Positions 44,108 through 55,526 of a stretch of 64,000 nt of DNA are shown piece by piece. This DNA comes from an uncultured Gammaproteobacteria bacterium. Its GTDB lineage: Bacteria > Pseudomonadota > Gammaproteobacteria > JACCXJ01. Positions within the stretch are counted from its first letter, which is position 1. Every line of letters begins with the position of its first letter. Below the pieces are notes generated by a model. That model was not told where the DNA came from, searched no databases, and saw only the letters and a program-made list of their open reading frames with translations. The translations under genes and the position numbers were made by a program. The stretch covers positions 1-64,000 of the forward strand of contig CAVXTM010000009.1 in assembly GCA_963764725.1 (NCBI GenBank), in the 5' to 3' direction.

Positions 44108-46855
44108 TCAACCGGCAAGCTGCCGCAGCACGTAGGGTAGGATCCCGCTATGCTGGTAATACTCCCACTCCTTCGGCGTATCGACGCGCACATCGGCGGC
44201 AAAACGCCGCGTGCGGCCGCCCGCTCCCGCCGCCACGACCGTGACTTCGCGCGCGCCGGCTTCGATCTCCTCAATATCGTAACTCTCCGTGCCGGTGAGC
44301 GCCAAGGTCTCGGCGTTCTGCCCGTCCTTGAAGGTCAAGGGCAAGACCCCCATGCCGACCAGGTTAGAGCGATGGATGCGCTCGAAGCTCTCGGCGAGCA
44401 CCGCGCGGACCCCGAGCAGCCGGGTTCCCTTCGCGGCCCAGTCGCGGGAAGATCCGGTGCCGTATTCCTTACCGCCGATGATCAATAACGGGACCCCTTC
44501 GTCTTGGTAGCGAACGGCGGCGTCGTAAATGCTAAGCTGCTCGCCAGAGGGTTGATACCGCGTCCATCCCCCCTCGGTTCCGGGCGCCAGGCGGTTGCGC
44601 AAGCGTATATTGGCAAAGGTGCCGCGCATCATGACCTCATGATTGCCGCGGCGCGCTCCATAAGAATTGAAATCCCTGGGTTGGACTCCGCGCTCGATCA
44701 GATAACGCCCCGCCGGACTATCGATCTTGATCGAACCCGCAGGAGAGATATGATCGGTGGTGATGGAATCGCCCAAGAGGGCCAACACCCGTGCCCGGTT
44801 GACTGGATGGATCTCTGGTGGCTCCCTTCCCATGCCGTCGAAGTAGGGAGGATTCTTGATGTACGTCGATGCAGGGTCCCACCGGTACAGCGTGCCGGTG
44901 GGCACGTTCATGCGGGCCCAGCGCGCATCTCCCGTAAATACACCGTCGTAACTCGCCGAGAACATCGCCGAGTCGAGTGTGCGCAGGACCGTATCATTGA
45001 TTTCCCGTTGGGTGGGCCAAATGTCCTTGAGATAGACCGGCGCACCGGACTGGTCCGTTCCCAACGCATCACTATAGAGGTCGATGTCCATGGTGCCGGC
45101 GATAGCATAGGCAACGACCAGCGGCGGCGAAGCCAAGAAGTTCATTTTGACCTCGGGGTGGACGCGGCCCTCGAAATTCCGGTTTCCCGAAAGTACTGAG
45201 CATACGGCCAAACTGCCTTTTGTGATGCCTTGACTGACTACATCGGGCAAGGGCCCCGAGTTGCCGATGCAGGTCGTGCAACCGTAGCCGATGACGTGAA
45301 AGCCAAGCTCTTCGAGGTAACGCATGAGTCCCGCCTTCCGCAAGTATGCGCTCACAACCTGCGAACCGGGGGCGAGGCTGGTCTTGACCCAAGGCATGAC
45401 CCGCAGGCCGCGCGCGCACGCTTTCTTTGCCAGCACGCCGGCCGCCATCATCACGCTCGGATTCGAGGTGTTCGTGCAAGAGGTGATCGCCCCGATTACG
45501 ATGGCGCCGTCCTTGAGCGCGGCGTTGCGCCCGTTGATTTTGATCATTTCCACACCCGTATGATGGGCTTCCTCGCTGCCCACTGCGGTCCCGCCGCCCT
45601 CATTGTGAAAGCGCGCCATGTCCCGGTCCTTTCCGGCCGAGCCGGAGCGCTCTTCCTGATAGACGCGCAGCACCTTCGACACCACCTCCTTGGCGTTCTT
45701 GAGCGCGATCCGATCTTGGGGTCGCTTGGGTCCGGCAAGCGACGGTGCGACGCTGCCCATGTCGAGCGTGAGCACCTCGGTGTAACGAGCGGTGGGACTC
45801 TTAGCGTCACGCCAAAACCCTTGTGTGCGCGCGTAGGTCTCCACCAAAGCGACCTGTTCGGGGGCGCGGCCGGAGAGCCGCAGGTAGTTGATGGTTTCCT
45901 GATCGATGGGGAAAATACCACAGGTTGCGCCGTACTCGGGCGCCATGTTGGCGATCGTTGCCCGATCGGCCAAGGGGAGGTGGTCGAGTCCCTCGCCGAA
46001 GAATTCGACGAACTTACCGACCACGCCCTTTTTTCTGAGTATATGCGTGACGGTGAGCACGAGATCGGTCGCAGTCGCCCCCTCCGCTAGACGGCCGGTG
46101 AGGCGAAATCCGACCACTTGCGGGATCAGCATCGTGATCGGTTGTCCTAACATCGCCGCCTCGGCCTCGATGCCCCCGACGCCCCACCCAAGCACCCCGA
46201 GCCCATTGACCATCGTCGTGTGCGAGTCGGTTCCGACCACGGTGTCCGGATAGGCTTGGGCGGTTCCGTTGACACCGTGAGAGTAGACGGCACGAGCGAG
46301 ATATTCGAGGTTGACCTGATGGACGATGCCCGTGTCAGGCGGCACGACCTTGAAGTTCGAGAAGGCCTGTTGCCCCCAGCGCAGAAACGCATAGCGCTCT
46401 TGATTGCGCTCGAATTCGATCGCCGCATTTTTTTCCGCAGCATCCGTGCTACCGAAGACATCGACCTGAACGGAGTGGTCGATGACCAGTTCGGCGGGAG
46501 ATAAGGGATTGATCTTGGCGGGGTCGCCTCCGAGGCGCTGCATGGCTTCCCGCATCGCCGCGAGATCGACTACCGCCGGTACGCCCGTGAAGTCTTGCAT
46601 CAGGACGCGCGCCGGCGTGAAGGCGATCTCTTTGCTGGGCTCGGCCTTTGGATCCCAGGTGGCAAGCGCCTCGATGTCTGCTTTAGTAACGTTAACGCCG
46701 TCCTCATGGCGCAAGAGGTTTTCCAAGAGAATCTTGAGGGAATAAGGGAGCATCGCCGTGGGATAGCGGCGCTCAAGGGCGGTGAGATTGTGGATTTGAT
46801 AAGGCGCGTTAGCGGCCTCGATAATCTCCCGCGTGTTAAAACTGTCGTTCATCAT
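44108..46855 (-). CDS. acnA: Aconitate hydratase A
   Basis: [62 protein letters not shown]. Confidence 0.97.
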   Translation of the reverse strand: MMNDSFNTREIIEAANAPYQIHNLTALERRYPTAMLPYSLKILLENLLRHEDGVNVTKADIEALATWDPKAEPSKEIAFTPARVLMQDFTGVPAVVDLAAMREAMQRLGGDPAKINPLSPAELVIDHSVQVDVFGSTDAAEKNAAIEFERNQERYAFLRWGQQAFSNFKVVPPDTGIVHQVNLEYLARAVYSHGVNGTAQAYPDTVVGTDSHTTMVNGLGVLGWGVGGIEAEAAMLGQPITMLIPQVVGFRLTGRLAEGATATDLVLTVTHILRKKGVVGKFVEFFGEGLDHLPLADRATIANMAPEYGATCGIFPIDQETINYLRLSGRAPEQVALVETYARTQGFWRDAKSPTARYTEVLTLDMGSVAPSLAGPKRPQDRIALKNAKEVVSKVLRVYQEERSGSAGKDRDMARFHNEGGGTAVGSEEAHHTGVEMIKINGRNAALKDGAIVIGAITSCTNTSNPSVMMAAGVLAKKACARGLRVMPWVKTSLAPGSQVVSAYLRKAGLMRYLEELGFHVIGYGCTTCIGNSGPLPDVVSQGITKGSLAVCSVLSGNRNFEGRVHPEVKMNFLASPPLVVAYAIAGTMDIDLYSDALGTDQSGAPVYLKDIWPTQREINDTVLRTLDSAMFSASYDGVFTGDARWARMNVPTGTLYRWDPASTYIKNPPYFDGMGREPPEIHPVNRARVLALLGDSITTDHISPAGSIKIDSPAGRYLIERGVQPRDFNSYGARRGNHEVMMRGTFANIRLRNRLAPGTEGGWTRYQPSGEQLSIYDAAVRYQDEGVPLLIIGGKEYGTGSSRDWAAKGTRLLGVRAVLAESFERIHRSNLVGMGVLPLTFKDGQNAETLALTGTESYDIEEIEAGAREVTVVAAGAGGRTRRFAADVRVDTPKEWEYYQHSGILPYVLRQLAG

Positions 46856-46954
46856 TTCTCCCATGTAACGAGGAATCGCGTAATTCACTACTACCCCGCC
46901 GCTTGCGTCGGGCACTCTTGATTATCCGCTATCCGACGGTGAACCGATAGGCTA

Positions 46955-48085
46955 TCAGGGGGCGCCGCGGAATACGTGATCGATAGTTGCACCGCCTAAA
47001 CACACTTCCTCCTGGTAGAACACCGCGGCTTGGCCGGGCGTGGCCGCCCATTGTGGCGCCTCGAATACGAGCCGGCAGCGGCCAGCGTCGATCGCCGTAA
47101 TCGTGGCGGGCTGGTCGGCTTGGCGGTAGCGGGTCTTCACAGTGCATCGCAATGGGAATATCGGGGCGCGAGCGGCCACCCAGTGCAAAGACGACGCTTC
47201 CAACGACCGGCAGAGAAGCCGTGGGTGCTCATGTCCCTGCCCCACCACGAGCATGTTGTTTTTCAGGTCCTTCTCCAAGACGTACCAGGGCGCTTCCAAG
47301 GCTCCCTTGACGCCGCCGATCCCGAGCCCCTCACGCTGGCCAAGCGTGTAATAGACGACGCCGGGGTGCTCGCCGATCACCTCGCCGTCGAGGCTACGGA
47401 TCTCACCCGGGGTGATGGGAAGGTAGCGGCTGAGAAACGGCCGAAAGCGGCGCTCGCCGATAAAGCACATCCCGGTGCTGTCGCGTTTGTCGTGTACCCA
47501 GAGCCGTGCCTCGGCTGCTGCCGCGCGTACTTCTGATTTACGCATGGACCCGACCGGAAATACACTATGAGCTAACTGAGCCTGGCCGAGCATATAGAGA
47601 AAATAACTCTGATCCTTGGCCGGGTCGATCCCTCGCAACAGTTGCAACTGCCCATCCCGATGCGCGATCCTTGCGTAGTGTCCCGTGCCCATGGAGCCAC
47701 CACCCGACGCCAGCGCGTGGTCGAGACAGGCCTTAAATTTGACCTCGCGGTTGCAAAGCACGTCCGGGTTGGGCGTCCGTCCCGCCTGAAGCTCAGCGAG
47801 AAAACGGCTGAATACGCGCTGGCGATACTCGGCAGCGAAGTTGACGACTTCGATATCGATGCCGAGGCGCTCGGCGACCGCCACGGCGTCGATGAGATCC
47901 TCGCGGCTCGGACAGTCGCTTTCCGTATCCTCGTCCTCCCAATTTTTCATGAACACGCCGCTGACCATATAGCCTTGACGTTTCATGAGCAGGGCCGCGA
48001 CGGCGGAGTCCACGCCGCCCGAGAGGGCGACGATGACGCGTTGGTTTCGGCACACCGTCGCGCCGAAGGGGTGCATCCCGCTCAT
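46955..48085 (-). CDS. mnmA: tRNA 2-thiouridylase (start uncertain)
   Basis: SGGVDS, MKNW, TPNPDVLCN..KF, TGHYA, KDQSYFL, DSTGMCFIGE, TPGQ. Confidence 0.95.
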   Translation of the reverse strand: MSGMHPFGATVCRNQRVIVALSGGVDSAVAALLMKRQGYMVSGVFMKNWEDEDTESDCPSREDLIDAVAVAERLGIDIEVVNFAAEYRQRVFSRFLAELQAGRTPNPDVLCNREVKFKACLDHALASGGGSMGTGHYARIAHRDGQLQLLRGIDPAKDQSYFLYMLGQAQLAHSVFPVGSMRKSEVRAAAAEARLWVHDKRDSTGMCFIGERRFRPFLSRYLPITPGEIRSLDGEVIGEHPGVVYYTLGQREGLGIGGVKGALEAPWYVLEKDLKNNMLVVGQGHEHPRLLCRSLEASSLHWVAARAPIFPLRCTVKTRYRQADQPATITAIDAGRCRLVFEAPQWAATPGQAAVFYQEEVCLGGATIDHVFRGAP

Positions 48086-48397
48086 GCGACGCATTCCGCG
48101 ATACGATCGAGCGGAAAGCGGCCGCCGCGCTCGCTGATGGTGGTGACAATTATTTGAGAATTCCATTGCATGGATAGACTTTATCATGGATGATGCGGCA
48201 CACGTTTTGCCTTTCCCTAAACCCGGCGCTGGCAAAATCCCCGCCTACCGCCCGCACAAGCCGTTTATCTAATAGCGAATAACGTGGTATCTTTTACCCT
48301 GCCGACGAGTTCTGAGGTTTTAATCTTTGCCATACCGCGATAGCGTGCTCCCGCTTAGAATCCGACAACTGCCTACCGTAGTGACGCAGGCGCGTTC

Positions 48398-50524
48398 ATG
48401 ATGCCGAAAATTCGATGGCTACTGTTTGTTTTCCTGGCCGCTCTTACGCAAGGGGGCTGGGGTACCTCACCGCGTGTCGACGATGCCGAGCTGGTGGCGA
48501 CACCCGAGCATCGGCGCGCCACTAAACTCATCGCGCATTACCTCGCCAATTACCATTACAAGAAGGTGAGCTTCGATGATGCCATGTCGGCCGAGGTGTT
48601 GAAACGCTTCGTCGAGTCCTTGGATCCGAATCGCAGTTACTTTCTGCTCGAAGACATGAACCGCTTCGCGGTCTATCGAGACCAATTAGACGAGGCCGTG
48701 AAGGAGGCTAAGCTTGGGCCGGCGTTCGAGATCTTCAAGGTATTCCGCCGGAGGCTCGAGGAGCGGGTCACCTACGCCCGCGAATTGCTCGCGCAGCCGC
48801 TTGATTTCACCGTTGATGAGGAGTTCGTGCTCGACCGCAGCCGCGCCCCGTGGGCGCGCGACCGCGGCGAGCTTGAAGAACTCTGGCGCAAGCGCGTCAA
48901 GAATGACGTGTTGAACCTCGTGACCACCGGCCAGGATCAAAAGAAGGCGGTAAGCACCATCTCCGACCGATATCAGGTGCTTGCGCGCCATACTTATCAA
49001 ATGTCGGCCGATGACGTCTTCGAGATCTTCATCAACTCCTATACGGCGAGTGTGGAACCGCATACAACCTATTTTTCAGCGCGCAACTCCGAGGACTTCA
49101 AGATCCGCATGAGCCTATCGCTGGAAGGCGTGGGCGCGGTGTTGCGCAATGAGAACGAGTACACGATCGTACAGCAGGTGGTTGCCGGCGGGCCCGCGGC
49201 CAAAAGCGGACGGCTCCAGCCGGAGGATCGGATTGTCGCCGTTGCACAGGGATCGGCGGGTTCTTGGGCCGATATAATCGGATGGCGCCTGGAAAAAGTC
49301 GTGGACCTCATTCGCGGGCCGCGCGGCACCGTCGTTAGACTACAGCTCATTCCGAAGGGTGCGGCCACGAGCACGCCGACGGTCATCGTCCTGACGCGCG
49401 AGAAGATAGAATTGGAAGATCAAGCCGCGAAGCAAGCCGTGATCGAGGTGCCACGGGAGAAGCCCAGCATGCGCATCGGCGTGATCACGCTGCCCGCGTT
49501 TTATATCGACTTTGCCGCGCGGGCGCGGGGCGAGAAAGATTATCGCAGTACCACCCGCGATGTGCGGGCATTGATCGTCAAGCTGATGCAAGCCAAGGTG
49601 GATGGAATCGTCATGGACTTGCGCGGCAACGGAGGCGGATCCTTAGTCGAGGCCACCGAGCTTACGGGCTTGTTTATTCCCGAGGGGCCGATTGTGCAAG
49701 TGCGGGACGCCTCAGGCGCGATCGATGTGAATGAAGATCCGGACCCCGCCGTTATGTATAAAGGGCCGCTTGCCGTCTTGGTGGACCGGCAGAGCGCCTC
49801 CGCCTCGGAGATCTTTGCGGCCGCGATCCAGGATTACCGGCGCGGGATCGTGGTCGGCCAGCCCACGTTCGGCAAGGGCACAGTGCAGAATCTAATAGAC
49901 CTCGATCAAATCGATAGCACCGAGGGTGAGGATCTCGGCCAACTCAAGGCCACGGTGGCGCAATTCTTCCGTATCAACGGCAGCAGTACGCAGCACCGCG
50001 GTGTGGTACCGGATATCGCGTTCCCGGCGGTATTAAACAGCACCGATCTGGGCGAACGGACGTTCGACAACGCCTTGCCCTGGGATCGGATCGGAGCGGC
50101 GAAGTACGCCCCATTGAGCGCTCCGATGCACACGCTTCAGGAAGCGCGATGGCGCCACAACTCCCGGGTCAGCCAGGCGCCTATCTTTTCGCTGTTGATT
50201 CATGAAGCGCAACGCCAGCGGCAGGAAGAGGTGCGCAATCGCGTCAGTCTCCTCGAGCGTAAGCGCCGGGAACGGCAGGAGGCGGAGGAGCGCTGGCAAC
50301 GCGAATTGGAAAAGCGTTATCGCGAAGTTTTTAAGACAACGCCGACGCCTTACCAGAAAGCAAGCGATTCGAGCGCTGCTAGTGCCGATAAACCCATCGA
50401 CATCGGCCAGGTGACGCTGTACGAGACCGCCTATGTGCTCCACGACGTGATTGAGTTAGCGCGGAGCAGGGCGGCACCGGCAGCGAGCGCGGGCAACGAG
50501 TGGAGGCCGGGATTGGCGAAGTAG
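48398..50524 (+). CDS. prc: C-terminal processing (tail-specific) protease
   Basis: LDPNRSYF, PHTTY, SLEGVGA PDZ, DLRGNGGGSL, SASASEIFA, TFGKGTVQ. Confidence 0.94.
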   Translation: MMPKIRWLLFVFLAALTQGGWGTSPRVDDAELVATPEHRRATKLIAHYLANYHYKKVSFDDAMSAEVLKRFVESLDPNRSYFLLEDMNRFAVYRDQLDEAVKEAKLGPAFEIFKVFRRRLEERVTYARELLAQPLDFTVDEEFVLDRSRAPWARDRGELEELWRKRVKNDVLNLVTTGQDQKKAVSTISDRYQVLARHTYQMSADDVFEIFINSYTASVEPHTTYFSARNSEDFKIRMSLSLEGVGAVLRNENEYTIVQQVVAGGPAAKSGRLQPEDRIVAVAQGSAGSWADIIGWRLEKVVDLIRGPRGTVVRLQLIPKGAATSTPTVIVLTREKIELEDQAAKQAVIEVPREKPSMRIGVITLPAFYIDFAARARGEKDYRSTTRDVRALIVKLMQAKVDGIVMDLRGNGGGSLVEATELTGLFIPEGPIVQVRDASGAIDVNEDPDPAVMYKGPLAVLVDRQSASASEIFAAAIQDYRRGIVVGQPTFGKGTVQNLIDLDQIDSTEGEDLGQLKATVAQFFRINGSSTQHRGVVPDIAFPAVLNSTDLGERTFDNALPWDRIGAAKYAPLSAPMHTLQEARWRHNSRVSQAPIFSLLIHEAQRQRQEEVRNRVSLLERKRRERQEAEERWQRELEKRYREVFKTTPTPYQKASDSSAASADKPIDIGQVTLYETAYVLHDVIELARSRAAPAASAGNEWRPGLAK

Positions 50525-50549
50525 TATTTTTCGCCTTCGCGCAAGCCGC

Positions 50550-51731
50550 TTACGTGGCCCGCTTGAAATTCGTGCCGTGATCGTAGAACAAGTACACTAA
50601 CTCGTTCAGATAGCGGAGACCGAGCGCTGTGGGTTGGATATGCCCAGCGCTGTAATCGATGAGGCCGCGTTGGGCGGCGTCGATCAAGGAAGGTTCGATG
50701 ATCTCGATGGGCAAGCCCGTGTGATGGTTGAAAAGTGTCGAGGGGAATCCGTGTCTCAGCCGCAGGGCGTTGATCATGAATTCGACAATAATTTCGTCCG
50801 CACCGAGGCGGTGTTCATCCTGGATGGCGGCCGCGGTCCCAGCCCCGTGCATGAAGATCTCGGGGTTGCGGCGCTTGGCCGTGCGTACGATCCGCTGTTC
50901 GACCGGATCGCTGATTTTTCCGTGGGCACCCGCACCGATGCCCAAGTAATCGCCGAAACGCCAGTAGTTGAGGTTATGCCGACAGCGGTGCTCCCCGCGT
51001 GCATAGGCCGACACCTCGTACTGGACATAGCCCTGCGCGGCGAGCGTGGCCTGGCCGGCCTGGTAGATCTCCCAGAGCGCGTCGTCATCGGGAAGCGATG
51101 GCGGGTGGCGGAAAAACGCAGTGTTGGGTTCGATGGTCAACTGGTACCACGACAGGTGTTCAGGCCCGAGGGCGATGGCTTGCGACAAATCATAAAGGGC
51201 GCCAGCGCGAGTATCTTCCGGGAGCCCGAACATCAAGTCCAGATTGATGTTGTCGAATCCGGCCTCGCGCGCGGCGTGGAACGCACGCCGGGCCTCTTCC
51301 CCGCTGTGGATGCGGCCGAGCGACGCCAATTGCGGATCGCGCAGGCTTTGGACGCCGATCGACAAGCGGTTGACCCCGGCGTGCTTGTACTCCCGGAGGC
51401 GCTCGGCGGTTAGCGTGCCGGGATTGGATTCCAAGGTGATCTCACTCTGCGCGCCGAGCGGCAGCCGCCCGCGGATCCCATCCAGCAGAGCGCTCAGCGC
51501 CTCTCCGGATAATAGGCTCGGCGTGCCGCCCCCGATAAACACGCTCAGCACCTCGCGCTTCGGCACGCGCGCCCGTTCGCAGGCGAGATCCTGGAGCAAG
51601 GCTCGTAAGTAGTCTTGCTCAGGCAGCTCGCCGCGGACCTCGTGCGAGTTGAAGTCACAGTACGGACATTTGCGCACGCACCACGGGACGTGGACATAGA
51701 GCGAAAGCGGTGGCGGCTCCCGCAGTTTCAT
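50550..51731 (-). CDS. hemW: Radical SAM heme chaperone
   Basis: YVHVPWCVRKCPYCDFNSH, GGGTPS, YEVS, HNLNYW..DYLGIGAGAH; adjacent to rdgB. Confidence 0.93.
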   Translation of the reverse strand: MKLREPPPLSLYVHVPWCVRKCPYCDFNSHEVRGELPEQDYLRALLQDLACERARVPKREVLSVFIGGGTPSLLSGEALSALLDGIRGRLPLGAQSEITLESNPGTLTAERLREYKHAGVNRLSIGVQSLRDPQLASLGRIHSGEEARRAFHAAREAGFDNINLDLMFGLPEDTRAGALYDLSQAIALGPEHLSWYQLTIEPNTAFFRHPPSLPDDDALWEIYQAGQATLAAQGYVQYEVSAYARGEHRCRHNLNYWRFGDYLGIGAGAHGKISDPVEQRIVRTAKRRNPEIFMHGAGTAAAIQDEHRLGADEIIVEFMINALRLRHGFPSTLFNHHTGLPIEIIEPSLIDAAQRGLIDYSAGHIQPTALGLRYLNELVYLFYDHGTNFKRAT

Positions 51732-51734
51732 AGG

Positions 51735-52367
51735 CTATGGCAGGCGATAGTGCGCGCATAGCAGCGCGTAGAGTTGTCGCAACGCTTGACCGCGGTGGCT
51801 CAAGCGGTTCTTGGTTTCCAGATCCAGATCGGCGGCCGAGCACGCACGGTCCGGTAGGAAAAAGATCGGGTCATAACCGAACCCATTGGGGCCCTGGGGG
51901 GCGCGCAGCAGACGGCCTTCCCAAACGCCCTGAGCGATGAGCGGGGCGGGATCGGCGGCCTGCTTGAGATAAACCATGGTGCAATGAAATCGGGCCTGGC
52001 GGCGGTCGTCCGGGACACGCGCCGCTTCGCGCAATACCTTGTCTACATTCGCTTGATCGCTAGCCTCCGGCCCGGCATAGCGTGCCGAATAGATCCCGGG
52101 AGCGCCGCCGAGGGCGTCGACCTCGAGACCGGAATCATCGGCGATGGCGGGGAGACCCGTCCGGGCCACGGCCCACCGTGCCTTAATAATAGCATTTTCA
52201 ACGAACGTGAGCCCGGTTTCCGCGGCCTCCCCGAGGTAGAATTCGGACTGTGCGAGAACCTCGATTCCCACGCCGCCGAGGATCGCGGCGATCTCTTGAA
52301 GCTTGCCGCGATTGGCGCTCGCGACAAGCACCCGGCGCGGAAGACGCACCTTTGCCGAGATCGTCAC
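51735..52367 (-). CDS. rdgB: dITP/XTP pyrophosphatase
   Basis: [31 protein letters not shown]. Confidence 0.95.
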   Translation of the reverse strand: MTISAKVRLPRRVLVASANRGKLQEIAAILGGVGIEVLAQSEFYLGEAAETGLTFVENAIIKARWAVARTGLPAIADDSGLEVDALGGAPGIYSARYAGPEASDQANVDKVLREAARVPDDRRQARFHCTMVYLKQAADPAPLIAQGVWEGRLLRAPQGPNGFGYDPIFFLPDRACSAADLDLETKNRLSHRGQALRQLYALLCAHYRLP

Positions 52368-53080
52368 GTGGCTAATATTTGGCGTTGCAGCGCGATAAGC
52401 TTGGCGGTTCCTTGACGGGCGAGGTCGAGCATCTTGTGCAGCTCATCCATGCGAAAGGCGTGACCTTCGGCGGTTCCTTGCAGTTCGACAAAGTTACCCA
52501 TATCGTTCATCACCACATTCATGTCGGTTTCCGCCTCGCTGTCCTCGCTGTAATCGAGATCCACGATGGGATTTCCACGGTAAATGCCGACCGATACGGC
52601 GGCGACCATTCCGTGGATCGGGCTCGCCTTAAACACGCCTTTGCGGACCAGCGTGGCGATCGCATCCGCCAGGGCCACGTAGCCCCCGGTGATGGAAGCG
52701 GTGCGCGTGCCCCCGTCGGCTTGAATGACGTCACAGTCGATCGTGACCGTGCGTTCGCCTAAAGCGCTAAAGTCAACCACCGCGCGCAAGGATCGGCCGA
52801 TGAGCCGCTGGATCTCGAGCGTCCTGCCGCTTTGCCTCCCGTCGCTCGATTCCCGTCGCATGCGGCTATTCGTCGCCCGCGGCAGCATCCCGTATTCGGC
52901 GGTCACCCAGCCTTTCCCGCTACCGCGCAGAAACGGGGGAACGCGCTCATCGATGCTCGCGTTGCAGATGATCTTGGTGTGTCCGTATTCGACTAACGCG
53001 GAACCTTCGGCATAGCGGGTAAAGTTGCGTTTGATCGCGATCGGCCGTAATTCATCGGCCTTTCGTCCGCTCGGACGCAT
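52364..53080 (-). CDS. rph: Ribonuclease PH
   Basis: [42 protein letters not shown]. Confidence 0.97.
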   Translation of the reverse strand: MRPSGRKADELRPIAIKRNFTRYAEGSALVEYGHTKIICNASIDERVPPFLRGSGKGWVTAEYGMLPRATNSRMRRESSDGRQSGRTLEIQRLIGRSLRAVVDFSALGERTVTIDCDVIQADGGTRTASITGGYVALADAIATLVRKGVFKASPIHGMVAAVSVGIYRGNPIVDLDYSEDSEAETDMNVVMNDMGNFVELQGTAEGHAFRMDELHKMLDLARQGTAKLIALQRQILAT

Positions 53081-53255
53081 ATCTCCCCCTCCTTCAACGT
53101 AAATTGGACATTATAAACTGGATTCGTATGGCAAACCCGTCGGAAATCCTTAGCCACTTGGTCGCATCGCCATGCTGTAGGGCACCGCTAGAGTGCGATC
53201 CGAGCGTAGCATGTATACTTATTACTCAATGAAAATGCGTCGAGAGGACAAAACG

Positions 53256-53522
53256 ATGAAACAGGCACTCTGGATTAACTCAGTCATCGCGTTGCTCGCG
53301 GCGGCTTCCGCTCACGCCGCCGAAGGTGAATTCAAGAAAGATTGCACCATGGGTCTCGCGATGAAGCAGCACGTAGCCACCGACTGCTCGGTCAACTGGG
53401 CAGGGGAGGACGGCAAGACCTATTGCTTCGGCAACGAAGCGGCCAAGGCTGAGTTTTTGAAAGACGTTCCGGGCAATATGGGCAAGGCGCAAATCTTCTG
53501 GGAACAAGGCAAGGCGCACTAA
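53256..53522 (+). CDS. Small exported YHS-like protein
   Basis: Signal peptide; DGKTYCFGNE..K.EF resembles YHS/TRASH; three Cys. Confidence 0.6.
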   Translation: MKQALWINSVIALLAAASAHAAEGEFKKDCTMGLAMKQHVATDCSVNWAGEDGKTYCFGNEAAKAEFLKDVPGNMGKAQIFWEQGKAH

Positions 53523-53524
53523 GG

Positions 53525-54067
53525 ATGGTGGACAAGCCCTTCCTTACCGACATCAAAACCTTGCGCAAGCGCGCCCGCCGGCACCTCGAGGCGGGCGCGG
53601 TCACGGAAGGTTACAAAGCCGACCGGGCGACGGTGCTGAAGCTGCTCAACGAGGCGCTCGCCACTGAGATCGTCTGCGTATTGCGCTACAAACGCCATTA
53701 CTTCATGGCCTCGGGCATCAATGCTCAGAGCGTCGCCGCGGAGTTCCTGCAACATGCGAACGAGGAACAGATGCACGCCGATCAGATTGCCGCCCGCATC
53801 GTGCAGCTCGGCGGAGAGCCGAACTTCTCCCCCGAAGGGCTCCTTAGCCGCAGCCATGCCGAGTACGTCGAGGGCAATTCGCTCATCGACATGATTAGGG
53901 AAGATCTCGTGGCCGAGCGCATCGCGATCGATAGCTATCGCGAGATGGTCGCTTATCTCGGCAGCGATGACCCGACCACCCGCCGGACGCTGGAGGGGAT
54001 CCTGGCTATGGAAGAGGAGCATGCCGATGATCTGGTGAGCCTGTTGGAGGAGATGGGCAGCGGCTAA
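53525..54067 (+). CDS. Ferritin/bacterioferritin-like di-iron protein
   Basis: LNEALATE, EEQMH, EDLVAERIAI..Y, EEEHADD. Confidence 0.88.
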   Translation: MVDKPFLTDIKTLRKRARRHLEAGAVTEGYKADRATVLKLLNEALATEIVCVLRYKRHYFMASGINAQSVAAEFLQHANEEQMHADQIAARIVQLGGEPNFSPEGLLSRSHAEYVEGNSLIDMIREDLVAERIAIDSYREMVAYLGSDDPTTRRTLEGILAMEEEHADDLVSLLEEMGSG

Positions 54068-54100
54068 AATTTCACCCCACACTCTTTGAGGGAGGCGCCC

Positions 54101-54809
54101 ATGATCTTCCGCCAGCTCTATGACAATGCGTCCTCGGCATACACGTATCTCATCGCCGATCGCCATACCAAGGAAGCGGTTTTGATCGATCCTGTTGCCA
54201 CCCACATCAGTGATTACGTTGCGCTGCTCTCGCAGCTCGGCGGTCGGCTGAGATACTCGGCCGAGACCCATGTGCACGCCGATCATGTCACCGCGGGCGG
54301 GCTCTTGCGCGAACGCTTGGGTGCCGAGACCGCGGTCAGCCAGCGCTGCGGAGCGGTATGCGCCGATCACCAGCTGCGGGACGGCGATATCCTGCGCTTC
54401 GGGCAAAACGAGGAAATCGCGGTCATCGCCACGCCGGGACATACGCCGGGCAGCGTGTCCTTCCTGTGGCGTGAGCGCCTGTTCACGGGCGACAGCCTCT
54501 TGATCAACGGCTGTGGCCGCACCGATTTCCAGGACGGCGATGCCGGAACCCTCTATGACACTATCACCGAGCGGTTGTTTCGCTTGCCGGGAGAGACGCT
54601 GGTCTATCCCGGCCACGATTATCACGGCCATTGGGTTAGCAGCATCCAGCAAGAGCGTTCGATCAATCCGCGCCTGGCGGGCAAGACCCGCGAGCAGTTC
54701 ATCGACGATCATGCATGAGCTGAAGCTAGCGAAACCGCGGCTCATCGATCAGGCCGTCCGTGCCAACCGCCTGTGCGGCTTGTCTCAGGCGGAGGTCCGC
54801 CAGGGCTAG
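54101..54809 (+). CDS. Persulfide dioxygenase-like MBL-fold protein (ETHE1-type), frameshift near 54705
   Basis: ETHVHADH, TPGHT, FTGD..GCGRTDF, YPGHDY, NPRL; the C-terminus LKLAKPRLIDQAV..N..CG is in a shifted frame. Confidence 0.87.
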
Positions 54810-54896
54810 GGCTGATCTCGACCTCGGCGGTGCGCTTTAATGGAAGTGCTTTGCCCTATCTCGCCCGTGGATTCGAAAAGGAATAACAGGTGACTC

Positions 54897-55526
54897 ATGC
54901 GAAGTGTTAATCCCGCGTCGAAGTGCTTCGCATGCGTCACATTGAGTTTGATCGCTTTTTGTAGTTTCCCCGCATTCGCGCTGACGCGCATCGCGGTGTT
55001 GGAGTTCGAGTTGAACGATTTGACGCTGCTGCCGCGTACGCCGGAGGAGCTGGAACGGACCGCCTCAGTTGCGCCTTTGTTACGAGCAGCATTGATAAAA
55101 AACGGCGGTTACGAGTCGGTGACGATCGCTCCGGACACCCAAGCGAAAACGAACGCGGCGTTTGGTTACCTCTTCGACCACCCGGAGGTGGCGGCCGAGC
55201 TGGGCGCCCGATTCGGGGCTGAATGGGTTGTGATCGGGCGCGTTCATAAGCCGAGTTTTTTGTTCGCTTATTTGAAGGTCCACTTAGTGAACGTTAATTC
55301 TCAGCGGCTTACCGGCGATTTCGTGGTCGAAGTCAAGGGATACTTGAAAAAATTGACTGAGAGGGGAGTAGTACGCTTAGCAGAGCAGATTGTTCAAACA
55401 ATTAATGCGAAAGCCGAGATGTTTCAAAAGCTTGCCCGGACAGAGGCTACAGCAATCAGCGATTTTCCCGGGCCCGGGTGCCTAGTTACTATGACGGTAC
55501 TTCGCACCGGGGGCAGGACATGGTAA
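54897..55526 (+). CDS. DUF2380/DUF3280-like exported protein
   Basis: Signal peptide, IAVLEFELND, GRVHKPS.L. Confidence 0.6.
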   Translation: MRSVNPASKCFACVTLSLIAFCSFPAFALTRIAVLEFELNDLTLLPRTPEELERTASVAPLLRAALIKNGGYESVTIAPDTQAKTNAAFGYLFDHPEVAAELGARFGAEWVVIGRVHKPSFLFAYLKVHLVNVNSQRLTGDFVVEVKGYLKKLTERGVVRLAEQIVQTINAKAEMFQKLARTEATAISDFPGPGCLVTMTVLRTGGRTW

